From Squalus acanthias (lineage: Eukaryota): a DNA stretch of 64,000 nucleotides. Below, piece after piece: positions 37,127 through 48,543 of this stretch. Both the position numbers and the translations under genes were made by a program. The notes beneath the pieces are model-generated. The model was not told the origin of the DNA, searched no databases, and saw only the letters and a list, made by a program, of their open reading frames with translations. The number at the start of each line of letters is the position of its first letter. Positions within the stretch are counted from its first letter, which is position 1. The DNA lies in NCBI GenBank assembly GCA_030390025.1, contig CM059433.1, positions 682,001 through 746,000 of the forward strand. Direction: 5' to 3'.

Positions 37127-38145
37127 CATAAGAATTAGGAGCAGGAGCAAGAGTAGGCCATATGGCCCCTCGAGCCTGCTCCGCTATTCAGTAAGATCAT
37201 GGCTGATTATCGACCTCAACTCCACTTTCCCACCCGATCTCCATATCCCTTGATTCCCCATGAGTCCAAAAATCTATCTATCTCAGCCTTGAATATACTC
37301 AACGACTCAGCATCCACAGCCCTCTGGGGCAGAGAATTCCAAAGATTCACAACCCTCTGAGTGAAGAAATTTCAGTCTTAAATGGCCTACCCCTTATCCT
37401 GAGACTATGCCCCCTAGTTCTAGACACTCCAGCCAGGGAAAACAACCTCTCAGCATCTACCCTGTCAATCCCCTTCAGAATCTTGTATGTTTCAATGAGA
37501 TCACCTCTCATTCTTCTAAACTCCAGAGAGTATAGGCCCATTCTGCACAATCTCTCATCATAGGACAGCCCTCTCATCCCAGGAATCAATCTAGTGAACC
37601 TTCGCTGCACCGCCTCCAAGACAAGTATATCCTTCTTTCGATAAGGAGACCAAAACTGTGCACAGTACTCCAGGTGTGGTCTCACCAAGGCCCTGTACAA
37701 TTGTAGCAAGACTTCCTTACTCTTATACTCCAACCTCCTTGCAATAAAGGCCAGCATGCCATTTGCCTTCCTTATTGCATGCTAGCTTTCTGTGTTTCTT
37801 GCACGAGGACACCCAAATTTCTCTGAACACCAACATTTGAAAGTTTCTCACCATTTAAAAAATATTCTGTTTTTCTATTCTTCCTACCAAAGTGAATAAC
37901 CTCACATTTCCCTACATTATACTCCATCTGCCATCTTACTGCCCACTCACTTAGTCTATCTATATCTCTTTGCAGACTCTTTGTGTTCTCCTCACAGCTT
38001 ACTGTCCCACCTAGCTTTGTATCATCAGCAAACTTGGATACATTACACTCGGTCCTTCATCTAGGTCATTAATATAGATTGTGAATAGCTGAGGCCCCAA
38101 CACTGATCCTTGCGGCACCCCACTAGTTACAGCCTGCCAACCTGA
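37127..38145 (-). mobile_element. CR1 3' portion
   Basis: ORF 37347-37757; [11 protein letters not shown] at its 5' break. Confidence 0.88.
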
Positions 38146-38326
38146 GGATTGGGAGCAGTTTAGGATTCAGCAAAGGAGGACAAAGGGATTAATTAAGAGG
38201 GGGAAAATAGAGTATGAGAGTAAACTTGCAGGGAACATAAAAACTGACTGTAAAAGCTTTTATAGATATGTGAAGAGAAAAAGGTTGGTGAAGTCAAACG
38301 TAGGTCCCTTGCAGTCAGAATCAGGG

Positions 38327-38541
38327 TGTCATAAATCGCAAGTAACAACTCAGGAAGTACTACTGGGCGGCCAGCTGGGGCGCCGTCCAGGGAGTATAAA
38401 TACTCAGGCATGGGCCCACCTTGGGCAGAGACAATCTGGAAACAGGAAGCTAGTGACTGCTAACTAGACCTCCATGTTTTGTTACAAGTTGATTAAAGCC
38501 TTGCTTTATGTTCAAGTGCGTAGTGAGTCTTTATTACGTCA
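38327..38541 (+). repeat. 5' LTR (215 bp)
   Basis: Identical by eye to 42614-42828; TATAAA 38395-38400, ATTAAA 38492-38497. Confidence 0.97.
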
Positions 38542-38641
38542 ATTTAATCAACTTGGTATCGTCTCCACGCTTTGGGTGATTCGGAACAACCAGCTGCAAC
38601 TCGAACCACAGAAGGGAACTAGGGCAAGAAACTGATCCATC

Positions 38642-41600
38642 ATGGAAAAACTCCTTAGACCCGCTCGTCTCGACCTGGACCCGAATGCACCTGCGGCAGC
38701 GAAGGTATGGAAGCATTGGTTTCATATCTTTAGCAACTTTCTTGAAGAATGTGGGGCGGATGTCCCTAATAAGTTACGAATGCTTATCAACTACATGTCT
38801 CCTCATGTGTATGATTATATTGAGGACTGTATAGTCTATGACACTGCTATCGAAATCTTACAGCAGCTATATGTCAAGTCCCCAAATGAAATATTTGCTC
38901 GACACCTACTGGCCACAACTCGGCAGCAGCCTGGGGAATCACTCGATGAATTTCTCCAGAAACTTCGCAGGCTCAGCAAGGATTGTAACCTTAAAGCAGT
39001 TACAGCTGAACAGTATCAAGAGGAACTAATCCGCGATTCCTTTATCAATGGAATCGCGTCCCCTTTTATACATCAGCGCCTGCTGGAAAATAAAACCCTC
39101 AATTTACGGGCTGCTTATGACCAGGCGTGTTCCTTGGACTTGGCCAAGAAAAATGCAGACACTTATCTCCCACCACGTGCACGGGCGGCGGCTATCTCCT
39201 TTAATGAGTCTTTCGGTAGGTCTCGGGCGGATGCCCCCACTGATGTTGACTCTACTCTAACGGACGACGACCCTACCCTAGAGGCCTTCGCTGATGACGA
39301 CCCCGCCCTAGCAGCATCCTGGCAATCAGGAAGAAAGTGTTTCTTTTGTGGAGGGGCGTGCCATCACAGAAAATTTTGCCCGGCTCGTAATGTGACCTGC
39401 AATCATTGCAGCAAGAAAGGACACTTTTCCAAGGTATGCCAGTCACGGGCCTTTGCTAACAAGAAAGGCCGCTCCTCTAAAGTATACCGGTCGAGAGCTC
39501 CTGTTAGCTTCACAGCTGCTATCTATGGAGCTGCTCCTCCCCCAAGAACTACTGTTAAGGCTACAGTTGCCGAAGGGAAAATTGCCCCTCCTCCCATCAC
39601 GGCTGTTTTTCCCCAAAGTTTGTCCCATGCAGCCACGAAGATTTCAGTAAATGGGCACACTCTAAGCGCGCTAATCGACTCCTGCAGCTCTGACAGCTTC
39701 ATTAGTAAGCGGGCTGTCAACAGGTTAAAACTGCACATTTATCCCTCGGACAGGGAGATTGCAATGGCTCTGACGACTCTGACCACCAATTCTTCTGGCT
39801 TCTGTCTGGTCAACCTCATCCTCAACGGCCGCACGTATCTCTCCACCCGGCTCGGAGTACTCGCAAACTTATGCAGCGATGTGCTTCTGGGACAGGACTT
39901 CCAGAAGCAGCACAAGAAGATCACTTTTGAGTTTGGAGGGTCAAGGCCGGAGCTTACCATTTCTAAGGTGCCGTTTTGTGCACTCTTGGCGGCCTTACTC
40001 GGTGAACCCTCCCTGTTTGCCAATCTTCCCCCCCGCTGTAAACCCATAGCCACCAAATCGCGGCGCTTTAGCCAAGACGATCGAGCGTTTATTGAGGCGG
40101 AAATCTCTCGCCTTTTAGTCGACGGTATTATCGAGCCATGTTCATCTCCCTGGCGGGCTCAGGTTGTCATCGTGAGGAATCCCTTAAAACAACATAAAAA
40201 ACGTCTGTGTATCGATTATTCGCAGACTATTAATCTATATACCGATCTGGATGCCTACCCGCTGCCACGCATAGATGACATGGTCAACAACCTTGCCAAA
40301 TACAAGGTATTCTCGACCTTCGATTTAAAAAGCGCGTACCATCAGGTGCCACTGCAAGACTCCGACAAGAAGTATACGGCCTTTGAGGCCAATGGTCGGC
40401 TTTTCCAGTTTCGCCGCCTTCCATTCGGGGTCACCAATGGGGTGGCCGTCTTCCAACGGGCCATGGATGGCCTAGTCCGGCAAGAGAACTTGACGGATAC
40501 CTTTCCGTATTTAGACAATATCACTATTGCCGGCCATGATCAAAAGGAGCATGACGCCAATCTTCAGAGATTTTTTGACGTACTCCGCCATCGCCACTTA
40601 ACGTTAAACGAATCCAAATTGGTGAAGTCGGTGCCATCGGTGAACATTCTTGGCTACTGGGTGGGCAACGGTGTTATTAAACCGGACCCAGAGCGACTTT
40701 GTCCACTTCAGGAGCTCCCTCCCCCGACGAACCTCGGCTCTCTTCGTCGGGCACTTGGCATGTTTGCTTATTACGCAAAATGGATACCACACTTCTCCGA
40801 TAAAATACAGCCCCTGCTCCATGCGAAGTCTTTTCCATTGGAAGCTACGGCTATTTCTGCCTTCAACCTCCTCAAACGACAGCTGGAGAAAGCCACGCTT
40901 CGCTCCATTGACGAAAATCTTCCTTTTGTGGTCGAATGCGATGCATCGGAGGTGGCGATCTCCGCTACCTTGAATCAAGGTGGCCGACCCGTGGCATTCC
41001 TATCCAGAACCTTGCAGGGTAGCGAGCTCCATTACCCCCCCGTCGAGAAGGAGGCTACGGCCATCATCGAGGCTGTACGCCAATGGGGTCATTTTCTTGC
41101 TCGGTGTCATTTTACGCTTATAACTGACCAGCGCTCTGTGGCCTTCATGTTGGATAACCGGAGGCGCACGAAAATCAAAAATAATAAAATTCAACTCTGG
41201 AGGATGGAGCTGGCTGCCTTTGGATATACTATCTGTTACCGACCTGGCAAACAGAACGTGGCCCCAGATACCTTCACACGGGCATTTTGCTCCTCAATGT
41301 CAACGTCGACTCTGGCGGATTTGCATATGGACTTATGCCATCCTGGTGTGACCCGCACGTTGCACTTTGTGCGCTCCAAAAATCTACCATTTTCAACCGA
41401 GGACGTAAAGAAAACATGCTCCTCCTGTAGGATTTGTGCAGAATTGAAACCACAATTCTTTCGCCCATCAGATGGCTTACTCATACATGCAATGCAGCCT
41501 ATGCAGAGGCTCAGCATAGACTTTAAAGGGCCATTGCCTTCGTCGACAAGGAACACCTACCTACTTACGATGGTGGACGAGTATTCACGCTTTCCCTTCG

Positions 41601-42575
41601 CCTTCCCCTGCCCTAATATGCTTACCTCTACGGTAATTAAATGCCTCGATCAGGTCTTTTCCCTTTGCGGGACGGCCAATTTTATCCACACTGATCGGGG
41701 TCCCTCCTTTATGTCGAGTGAACTTAAAAGTTATCTCTCCCAACGGGGAATCGCCTCAAGTAGGACGACACCATATCACCCAATCGGTAACGGACAGGTT
41801 GAACGATACAATGCCATCATCTGGAACGCTGTCCGTCTGGCACTAAGGTCACGCAACCTACCGGACCAGCAGTGGGAAACGGTGCTCCCCGACGTGTTAC
41901 ACTCTATCAGGTCTCTTCTCTCCACGTCTACTAATGTCACGCCTCATGATCAAATTCCGGCGTCGCTCTACACATGGGACGTCTCTACCGTCATGGTTGG
42001 TGGCTCCAGGCCCGGTGCTACTCCGGAGGTTCGTCCGGTCTGCCAAAAACGACCCTCTCGTTGACGAGGTGGCGTTAACAGAGGTAAACCCCACGTATGC
42101 GCACATACGGTACCCTGATGGCCGGGAGACCACCGTCTCGCTCCGAGATCTGGCTCCCTGCCCAACCGGTCACATGGGCCCGAATGATGAAGCATCCCCC
42201 GACAATGATATCAACACTCCGCACCCCTATGAAAATGACGCCCCGCTTGGGACATCGGGGGATCTGCCGGCAACGCTACCGGATCAACTCAGGGAGCTGG
42301 ACGCTCCCCGTAGGATGGCCACCCGAAACCAGGACGCCGGACAATCTCCAGCCACGACCCGGGATGAGGCCAGCTCAGCACCTGTGAGGACCCGCACCCG
42401 GAGTCATGATATTCCCAGTCCTCCACAGGATGATCAAGATGACGCGGACTCCACTGACTTACCAGTACGGGCCAAGCGACCCAGGGACCAGGACACGGTC
42501 CGGGGAGACATGCCTTGCGGTCTCAAGCAGAGAGTTAAACGTCTACGGCTATTTCTGGTCCGCCTAGTCCGTTAA
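38642..42575 (+). CDS. Gag-Pol polyprotein, open for 1140 codons, with one frameshift near 41950 in the integrase C-terminal region
   Basis: Two CCHC knuckles; protease LIDSCS; RT SSPW, FDLKSAYHQ, LPFG, YLDN; RNase H CDAS, EKEA, TDQ; integrase H-H-C-C, IDFKGP, HTDRG, NGQVER; tail carried by ORF 41934-42575. Confidence 0.93.
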
Positions 42576-42613
42576 AGGAAGACTGGACTTCCAAACCTTT
42601 TAGGGAGGAAGAA

Positions 42614-42828
42614 TGTCATAAATCGCAAGTAACAACTCAGGAAGTACTACTGGGCGGCCAGCTGGGGCGCCGTCCAGGGAGTATAAATACTCAGGCATGG
42701 GCCCACCTTGGGCAGAGACAATCTGGAAACAGGAAGCTAGTGACTGCTAACTAGACCTCCATGTTTTGTTACAAGTTGATTAAAGCCTTGCTTTATGTTC
42801 AAGTGCGTAGTGAGTCTTTATTACGTCA
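42614..42828 (+). repeat. 3' LTR (215 bp)
   Basis: Direct repeat of 38327-38541. Confidence 0.97.
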
Positions 42829-44869
42829 CAGGGGAATTTATAATGGGGAATAAAGAAATGGCAGACCAATTAAATACATACTTTGGTTCTGTCTTCACAA
42901 AGGAGGACATAAATAACCTCCCAGAGATGTCGGGGAACATAGGGCCTAATGAGAGGGAGGAACTGAAAGAAATCAGTATTTGTAGGGAAATGGTGTTAGT
43001 GAAATTGATGGGATTGAAGGCCGATAAATCCCCAGGGCCTGATAATCTACATCCTAGGGTACTTAAGGAAGTGGCCCTAGAAATAGTAGATGCATTGCTG
43101 GTCATCTACCAAAATTTGATAGATTCTGGAACAGTACCCATGGATTGGAGGGTAGCTAATGTTACCCCATTATTCAAAAAAGGTGGTAGAGAGAAAACAG
43201 GGAATTATAGACCGATAAGCCTGACATCGGTAGTGGAGAGAATGCTAGAGTCCATTAAAAAAGATGTAATAGCAGAGCACTTGGAAAACAGTGACAGGAT
43301 CGGACAAAGTCAACATGGATTTACAAAAGGTAAATCGTGCTTGACTAATCTACTGGAATTTTTTGAAGAGGTAACTGGTAAAATAGATAAGGGAGAACCA
43401 GTAGATGTGGTGTATTTAGACTTCCAGAAGGCTTTCGATAAGGTCCCGCATAAGAGATTAGCGTGTAAAGTTAAAGCACATGGGATTGGGGGTAAGGTAT
43501 TGACTTGGATAGAGAACTGGTTGGCAGACAGAAGGCAAAGAGTTGGAATAAATGGGTCTTTTTCTGAGTGGCAGGCAGTGACTAGTGGGGTACCGCAGGG
43601 ATCGGTCCTAGGACCCCAGCTATTCACAATATATATTAATGATCTAGACGAGGGAACTAGATGTAATATCTCCAAGTTCGCAGACGACACAAAGCTGGGT
43701 GGGCGTGTATGCTGTGAGGAGGATGCCGAAAAACTCCAGTATGATTTGGACAGGTTGGGTGATTGGGCGGAATCATGGCAGATGCATTATAATGTGGATA
43801 AATGCGAGGTTATCCACTTTGGTGTCAAAAACGGGAAGGCAGATTATTATCTGAATGGCAATAGATTGGGAGAAGGGGAAGTGCAATGAGACCTGGGTGT
43901 CTTTGTGCACCAGTTGCTGAAAGTAAGCATGCAGGTGCAGCAGGCGGTTAAGAAGGCAAATGGTATGTTGGCCTTCGTAGTGAGAGGGTTCGAATACAGG
44001 AACAAGGATGTCTTGCTGCAGTTGTACAGGGCCTTGGTGAGACCATACCTTGAGTATTGTGTGCAGTTTTGGTCGCCTTATCTGAGGAAGGATGTTCTTG
44101 CCATGGAGGAAGTGCAGCGAAGATTCACCAGGCTGATACCTGGGATGGCAGGAATGACGTATGAGGAGAGATTGGGTCGATTGGGCTTATACTCGCTGGA
44201 GTTTAGAAGAATGAGAGGGGATCTCATTGAAACTTATAAAATTCTAACAGGACTAGACAGACTAGATGCAGGAAGGATGTTCCCGATGGTGAGGGAGTCC
44301 AGAACCAGGGGTCACAGTCTAAGGATAAGGGGTAAGCCATTTAGGAAGAGATGAGGAGGAATTTCTTCACCCAGAGAGTGGTGAACCTGTGGAATTCTCT
44401 ACCACAGAAGGCAGTTGAGGCCAATTCATTAAATATATTCAAGAAGGAGTTAGATATATTTCTTAAGGCTAAAGGGACTAAGGGATATGGGGAGAAAGCA
44501 GGGAGAGGGTACTGAATTTGGATGATCAGCCATGATCTCATTGAATGGCGGAGCAGGCTCAAGGGGCCGAATGGCCTACTCCTGCTCCTATCTTCTATGT
44601 TTCTATAAAATGATCTGTTTATCCCTACTCTCTGTTACTATCCTCTTCACTGTTTACTACATTTCCCAGTTTTGTGTCATCTGCAAACTTTGAAATTATG
44701 CCCTGTATACCCAAGTTCAGGTCATTAATATATCTCAAAAAGAGCGGTGCCCCTCTTATTTCCTTTTCAGTTATCCTCTGTACTTTCTATATTCAGCTTG
44801 GTTATCTACTGAATCATGAACCTTACATTTATCATAAGCCTTCTTTTTTTGTTTCATTTTAATATCTAT

Positions 44870-45762
44870 GGGGGAAAAATTCAGTTGGTTGCGCCTCCCG
44901 TTAGCGCCTTAAGAGGGCGCTAATGGGGCGCAAAGCATCTAGCCCAGGCGCGGCGAAGTTTGCGCCGCTCGCAAAATTAACTAGACATTTTGCGGCGGCG
45001 CTAAACACTACCGCCACGATCTCCTGCGCCGGCAGATCATGACGTCACTCGAGTGCGCAATGCCCCGGTATCGCCCCAGAGCGGATATTGAGTGGCGCCC
45101 CCTGCCTTACCGCCTGACGCTAGCAACAACAGGTTGAGGGGAGCGTTCTGCAGTCATGAAGGGAAAGGGGGAGCGCTATTTAAAGGTGACCGCTTCCTGC
45201 CTTTTATTGTTGGTGGCATTTTTGAACTACGCATTCTGAGAGAGAGAGGGAGAGACTTCTGGAGAGATTCAACGTTGTGTGAAGGAGTTTTGGGTACTGA
45301 GCAGCACTTTGCAGGTTCATTTTGATTTGCCATTCCTTGTATCGATTTAGCAGAGTCTGTGGGGGCTGCATTCTGAGCTCTTGGCCTGATACTCTCCATT
45401 GTTCTTTCCAGCACATTTGATGTGCAGGTCTCTCCAGGCCGAGATTCAAGGCTGCAATGAGCAGGATGTGGATGGAAAGCAAGATTAACCATCCCCTTTA
45501 AGAACTGGCCCGTGCCATTGTGTGTGTGTTCCATTGCTGACTGACATTACATGAGCTTCGCCAGCGCTCTGAGGTAGCGCCTCGCTCCTCGGCGTTAGCG
45601 CCTTAAGAGAGGTGTGTAGCGCCTGATTTAGCGCTCCAATCACCTCCAGGCGCAATAGAAGCCAAGTTTGCAGTCGGAGGCGATAATTAGCTGCAGGCGC
45701 TAAACTTTGCACCCGGCTGATAATTGCGCCCCAAATATGGGGTGATACCGAATTTCTCCCCC
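44870..45762 (-). mobile_element. 893-bp Harbinger MITE related to 23529-24421
   Basis: TIR GGGGGA(A/G)AAATTC; flanks TAT/TAC; core nearly identical to 23720-24220. Confidence 0.9.
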
Positions 45763-46170
45763 TACATGTCTTCCCTAAAAAGAGTTGGCAGGCTGGACTC
45801 CCGCATGACAAAGGCATCATGATGGCTATCAGCAGAGTGGGAATTCACGTGAAAGGTTTGTTGTTGCTGGTTGCATCCCAGTTGGACATTGAGGGTGTGG
45901 GATCCTTTTCTGTTAAGAAAATTCAATGGGTCCTGAAAGACAACATGGATCCTATCTATGGCCACCTGAGCATTGTAGAACTATATCACCTTTTATGCTG
46001 CTGGAGAGCTGTCAGCTGGAAACTGATGAAGTCCCCAGCTTTCCTAAAGAGAGCGTCCATCACTTGGCAAGTATTACACAAGTCCCTAGTAGCAGTAGAT
46101 ACTGGTAGTCACTTCGAATGTCACTGGCAGAGCCGCTCGGGAGCTGGATCTGGGCTAAAAGCCTAGCAGC
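45763..46170 (-). pseudogene. Old Harbinger transposase fragment (N-terminal/middle)
   Basis: AIDRIHV, FLNRKGSHTLNVQL, SHHDAFVMR. Confidence 0.8.
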
Positions 46171-46499
46171 TGGCGCAGGCCATCCAGAGTTTCGTGGGTG
46201 AATCAAAAGGGCCGAATGGGGCGGGTGGATGGTTAAAGTAGCAGTAGAGCCCTCGGTGCTGCGTTTCTGATGACCTCCCGCCATATTAACAGCGCAGCTT
46301 TTTTGAGTTGGCCGAGGCCTCATGAGTACTTGTAAATCGGGATCCTATGACGCAACGTCATTTTAAAGCAATAACGCAGAAGGCGCCCAGTGCCCAACCT
46401 GCTAGTCACTGACTGCACACATGTAGCTATCGGGGCATCATAACGCCAACCAGCAGCATTCGTGAATAGGAAACGTTACCACTCCATTAATGCCCAGGT

Positions 46500-46995
46500 A
46501 GTCTCTGATCACAGAAGTAGGATTGTGCAAGTTTGAGCAACGCAGCCAGGCACCTGCCATGATGCATTCATCCTGTGACAGTCAATCATCCCCTCAATAT
46601 CCGACCCTTCCAGGAACGTGGCAGGATGGTTGCTGAGAGGCAAAGCATACCCCCTACAGACGTGGCTCATGACACTTCTCCACAATCTCACCATGCCCGA
46701 GCAATACAGGTATAATGAAATCCATGGGACAACAGTCTCATTATTGAGCACTCTATAAGGCTGCTGCAGCAGAGGTTTGGTTATCTGAACAAGTGTGGGG
46801 GCTCTCTACAATATGACCCATAAAGAGTCTTCTGCATCATCATGGTGTGCTGCATCTTGGACAACCTTGCCATATAGTGAGGTGCAGCAGCAGCTGCAGT
46901 CCTCATCGGATGAGGAAGAGCAGGGGGAAGATGAGGGAGCATGCCTTGCAGCAAGAGATGTGAGGGATGAGTTAATTGCTCATCGATTCTGGTGA
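46500..46995 (+). pseudogene. Old Harbinger transposase fragment (C-terminal half)
   Basis: PGTCHDAFIL, GWLL..KAYPLQTWLMT, GGSLQY, VCCILDNLA, ARDVRDELI. Confidence 0.8.
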
Positions 46996-47296
46996 CCCGT
47001 TCATTCTCCTGCCCATAAAACTTGCACAAAGTACTTTGCATATGTCTTCGCTAAAGAAAAGGATGCTGCCAATGTCACAGTAAAGGAGGAGGTAGTAGAG
47101 AAATTAGATAGGATAAAAGGTGGGCAGCGCTCAAAGTAGATAAGTCACCAGGTCCGGATGGGATGGATCCTAGGTAGCTGAGGGAAGTAAGGGTGAAAAT
47201 TGCAGAGCCTCTGGCCACAATCTTCCAATCCTCCTTAGGACAAGTTGAGACAGCTGTTAAAAAGGCATAAGGGATCCTTGGCTTTATACATAGAGG

Positions 47297-47643
47297 TCAT
47301 GATGTGGAGATGCCGATACAGAATGTGACTTGACATCATGGCCGGTCTTTCCAGCCTTTTTAAAAAAAAAAACACAAGAACCAAAGTCAACTGCAGAGGA
47401 TATGCAGCCAGCAGGTGTTTTGACACGTTGGACCCCCTGGGACACATCTCATTGTCTTGGCTGTGCTCTTAGTGTGTCTTTGATGTAGGGAAAGATTTGA
47501 ATACATTTTTTCTGTGTTTATATTGTGAATTCTGGGAGATTCTCTCACAGCTACTCTACCTGAGGAAGGGGCGACAGCTCCGAAAGCTTGTAATTTTAAA
47601 TAAATCTGTTGGACTATAACCTGGTGTTGTGCGACTTCTCATT
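47297..47643 (+). mobile_element. 347-bp insertion with Penelope pLTR-like 3' end
   Basis: 14-bp TSD TTTATACATAGAGG (47283-47296 and 47644-47657); hammerhead motif followed by AATAAA. Confidence 0.75.
47557..47592 (+). ncRNA. Minimal type I hammerhead ribozyme motif
   Basis: TAC-CTGAGGA-AGGGGCGACAGCTCC-GAAA-GCTT-GTA; stem I TAC/GTA; palindromic AAGCTT. Confidence 0.65.
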
Positions 47644-48196
47644 TTTATACATAGAGGCATAGAGTACAAAAGCAAGGAAGTCATGCTAAACCTTTACAAA
47701 ACACTGGTTAGGTCCCAGCTGGAGGGTGCAGAGGAGATTTACTAGAATGGTACCCGGGATGAAAGACTTCAGTTATGTGTCGAGACTAGTGAAACTGGGG
47801 CTGTTCTCCTTAGAGCAGAGAAGGTTAATGGGAGATTTGATAGAGGTGTTCAAAATCATGAAGGAGTTTTGATGGAGCAAATAAGGAGAAACTGTTTCCA
47901 GTGGCAGGAGGGTCGGTAACCAGAGGACACAGATTTAAGATAATTGGCAAAAGAGCCAGAGGCGACATGAGGATATTATTTTTTACGCAGCGAGTTGTTA
48001 TGATCTGGAATGCACTGCCTGAAAGGGTGATGGAAGCAGATTCAACAATAACTTTTAAAAGGGAATTGGCTAAATACTATAAGGGGAAAATTTGCAGGGC
48101 TATGGGGAAAGAGTGGGGGAGTGGGACTAATTGGTTAGCCCTTTTAAAGAGCCGGCACAGGCACGATGGGCTGAATGGCCTCCTTCTGTGCTGTAT

Positions 48197-48543
48197 CATA
48201 GAAACATAAAAACATAGAAAAATAGGAGCAGGAGTAGGTCATTCGGCCCTTCGAGCCTGCTCCGCCATTCAATATGATCATGGCTGATCCTCTATCTCAG
48301 TGCCATATTCCCGCTCTCTCCCCATACGCCTTGATGCCTTTTGTGTCTAGAAATCTATCTATCTCCTTCTTAAATATGTTCAGTGACTTGGCCTCCACAG
48401 CCTTCTGTGGTAGAGAATTCCACAGGTTCACCACCCTCTGAGTGAAGAAATTTCTCCTCATCTCAGTCCTAAATGTCCTGAGACTGTGACCCCTCGTTCT
48501 AGACCCCCCAGCCAGGGGAAACATCCTCCCTGCATCCAGTCTA
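48197..48543 (-). mobile_element. CR1 3' fragment inserted in the tail of the preceding CR1
   Basis: ORF 48297-48596 TRGHSLR...WNSLP; CATAGAAA tail. Confidence 0.85.

Larger units (their letters stand above)
38327..42828 (+). mobile_element. Full-length Ty3/Gypsy LTR retrotransposon (Mag-like organisation)
   Basis: TG..CA LTRs; CAGGG TSD at 38322-38326 and 42829-42833; PPT AGGGAGGAAGAA 42602-42613; single gag-pol ORF in PR-RT-RH-IN order. Confidence 0.97.
38146..44606 (+). mobile_element. CR1 LINE (RT to 3' tail) split by the Gypsy insertion
   Basis: FYRYVKRKR...VGPLQSE before 38326 continues as GEFIMGNKEMA after 42833; ORFs 42795-43889 ([12 protein letters not shown]) and 43905-44354. Confidence 0.92.
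47030..48195 (+). mobile_element. Fragmented CR1
   Basis: KVDKSPGPDG..., RGIEYKSKEV, TRGHRFKI, WNALP. Confidence 0.8.

Noticed and set aside
42795..43889. LTR-initiated CR1 RT gene
   Set aside because: The ATG in U5 is in frame by chance, lies downstream of the LTR poly(A) signal, and the CR1 frame stops at 43889
37127..44606. Twin-priming inversion of one CR1
   Set aside because: Both arms contain the same 3' region and their own tails, so they are two separate elements
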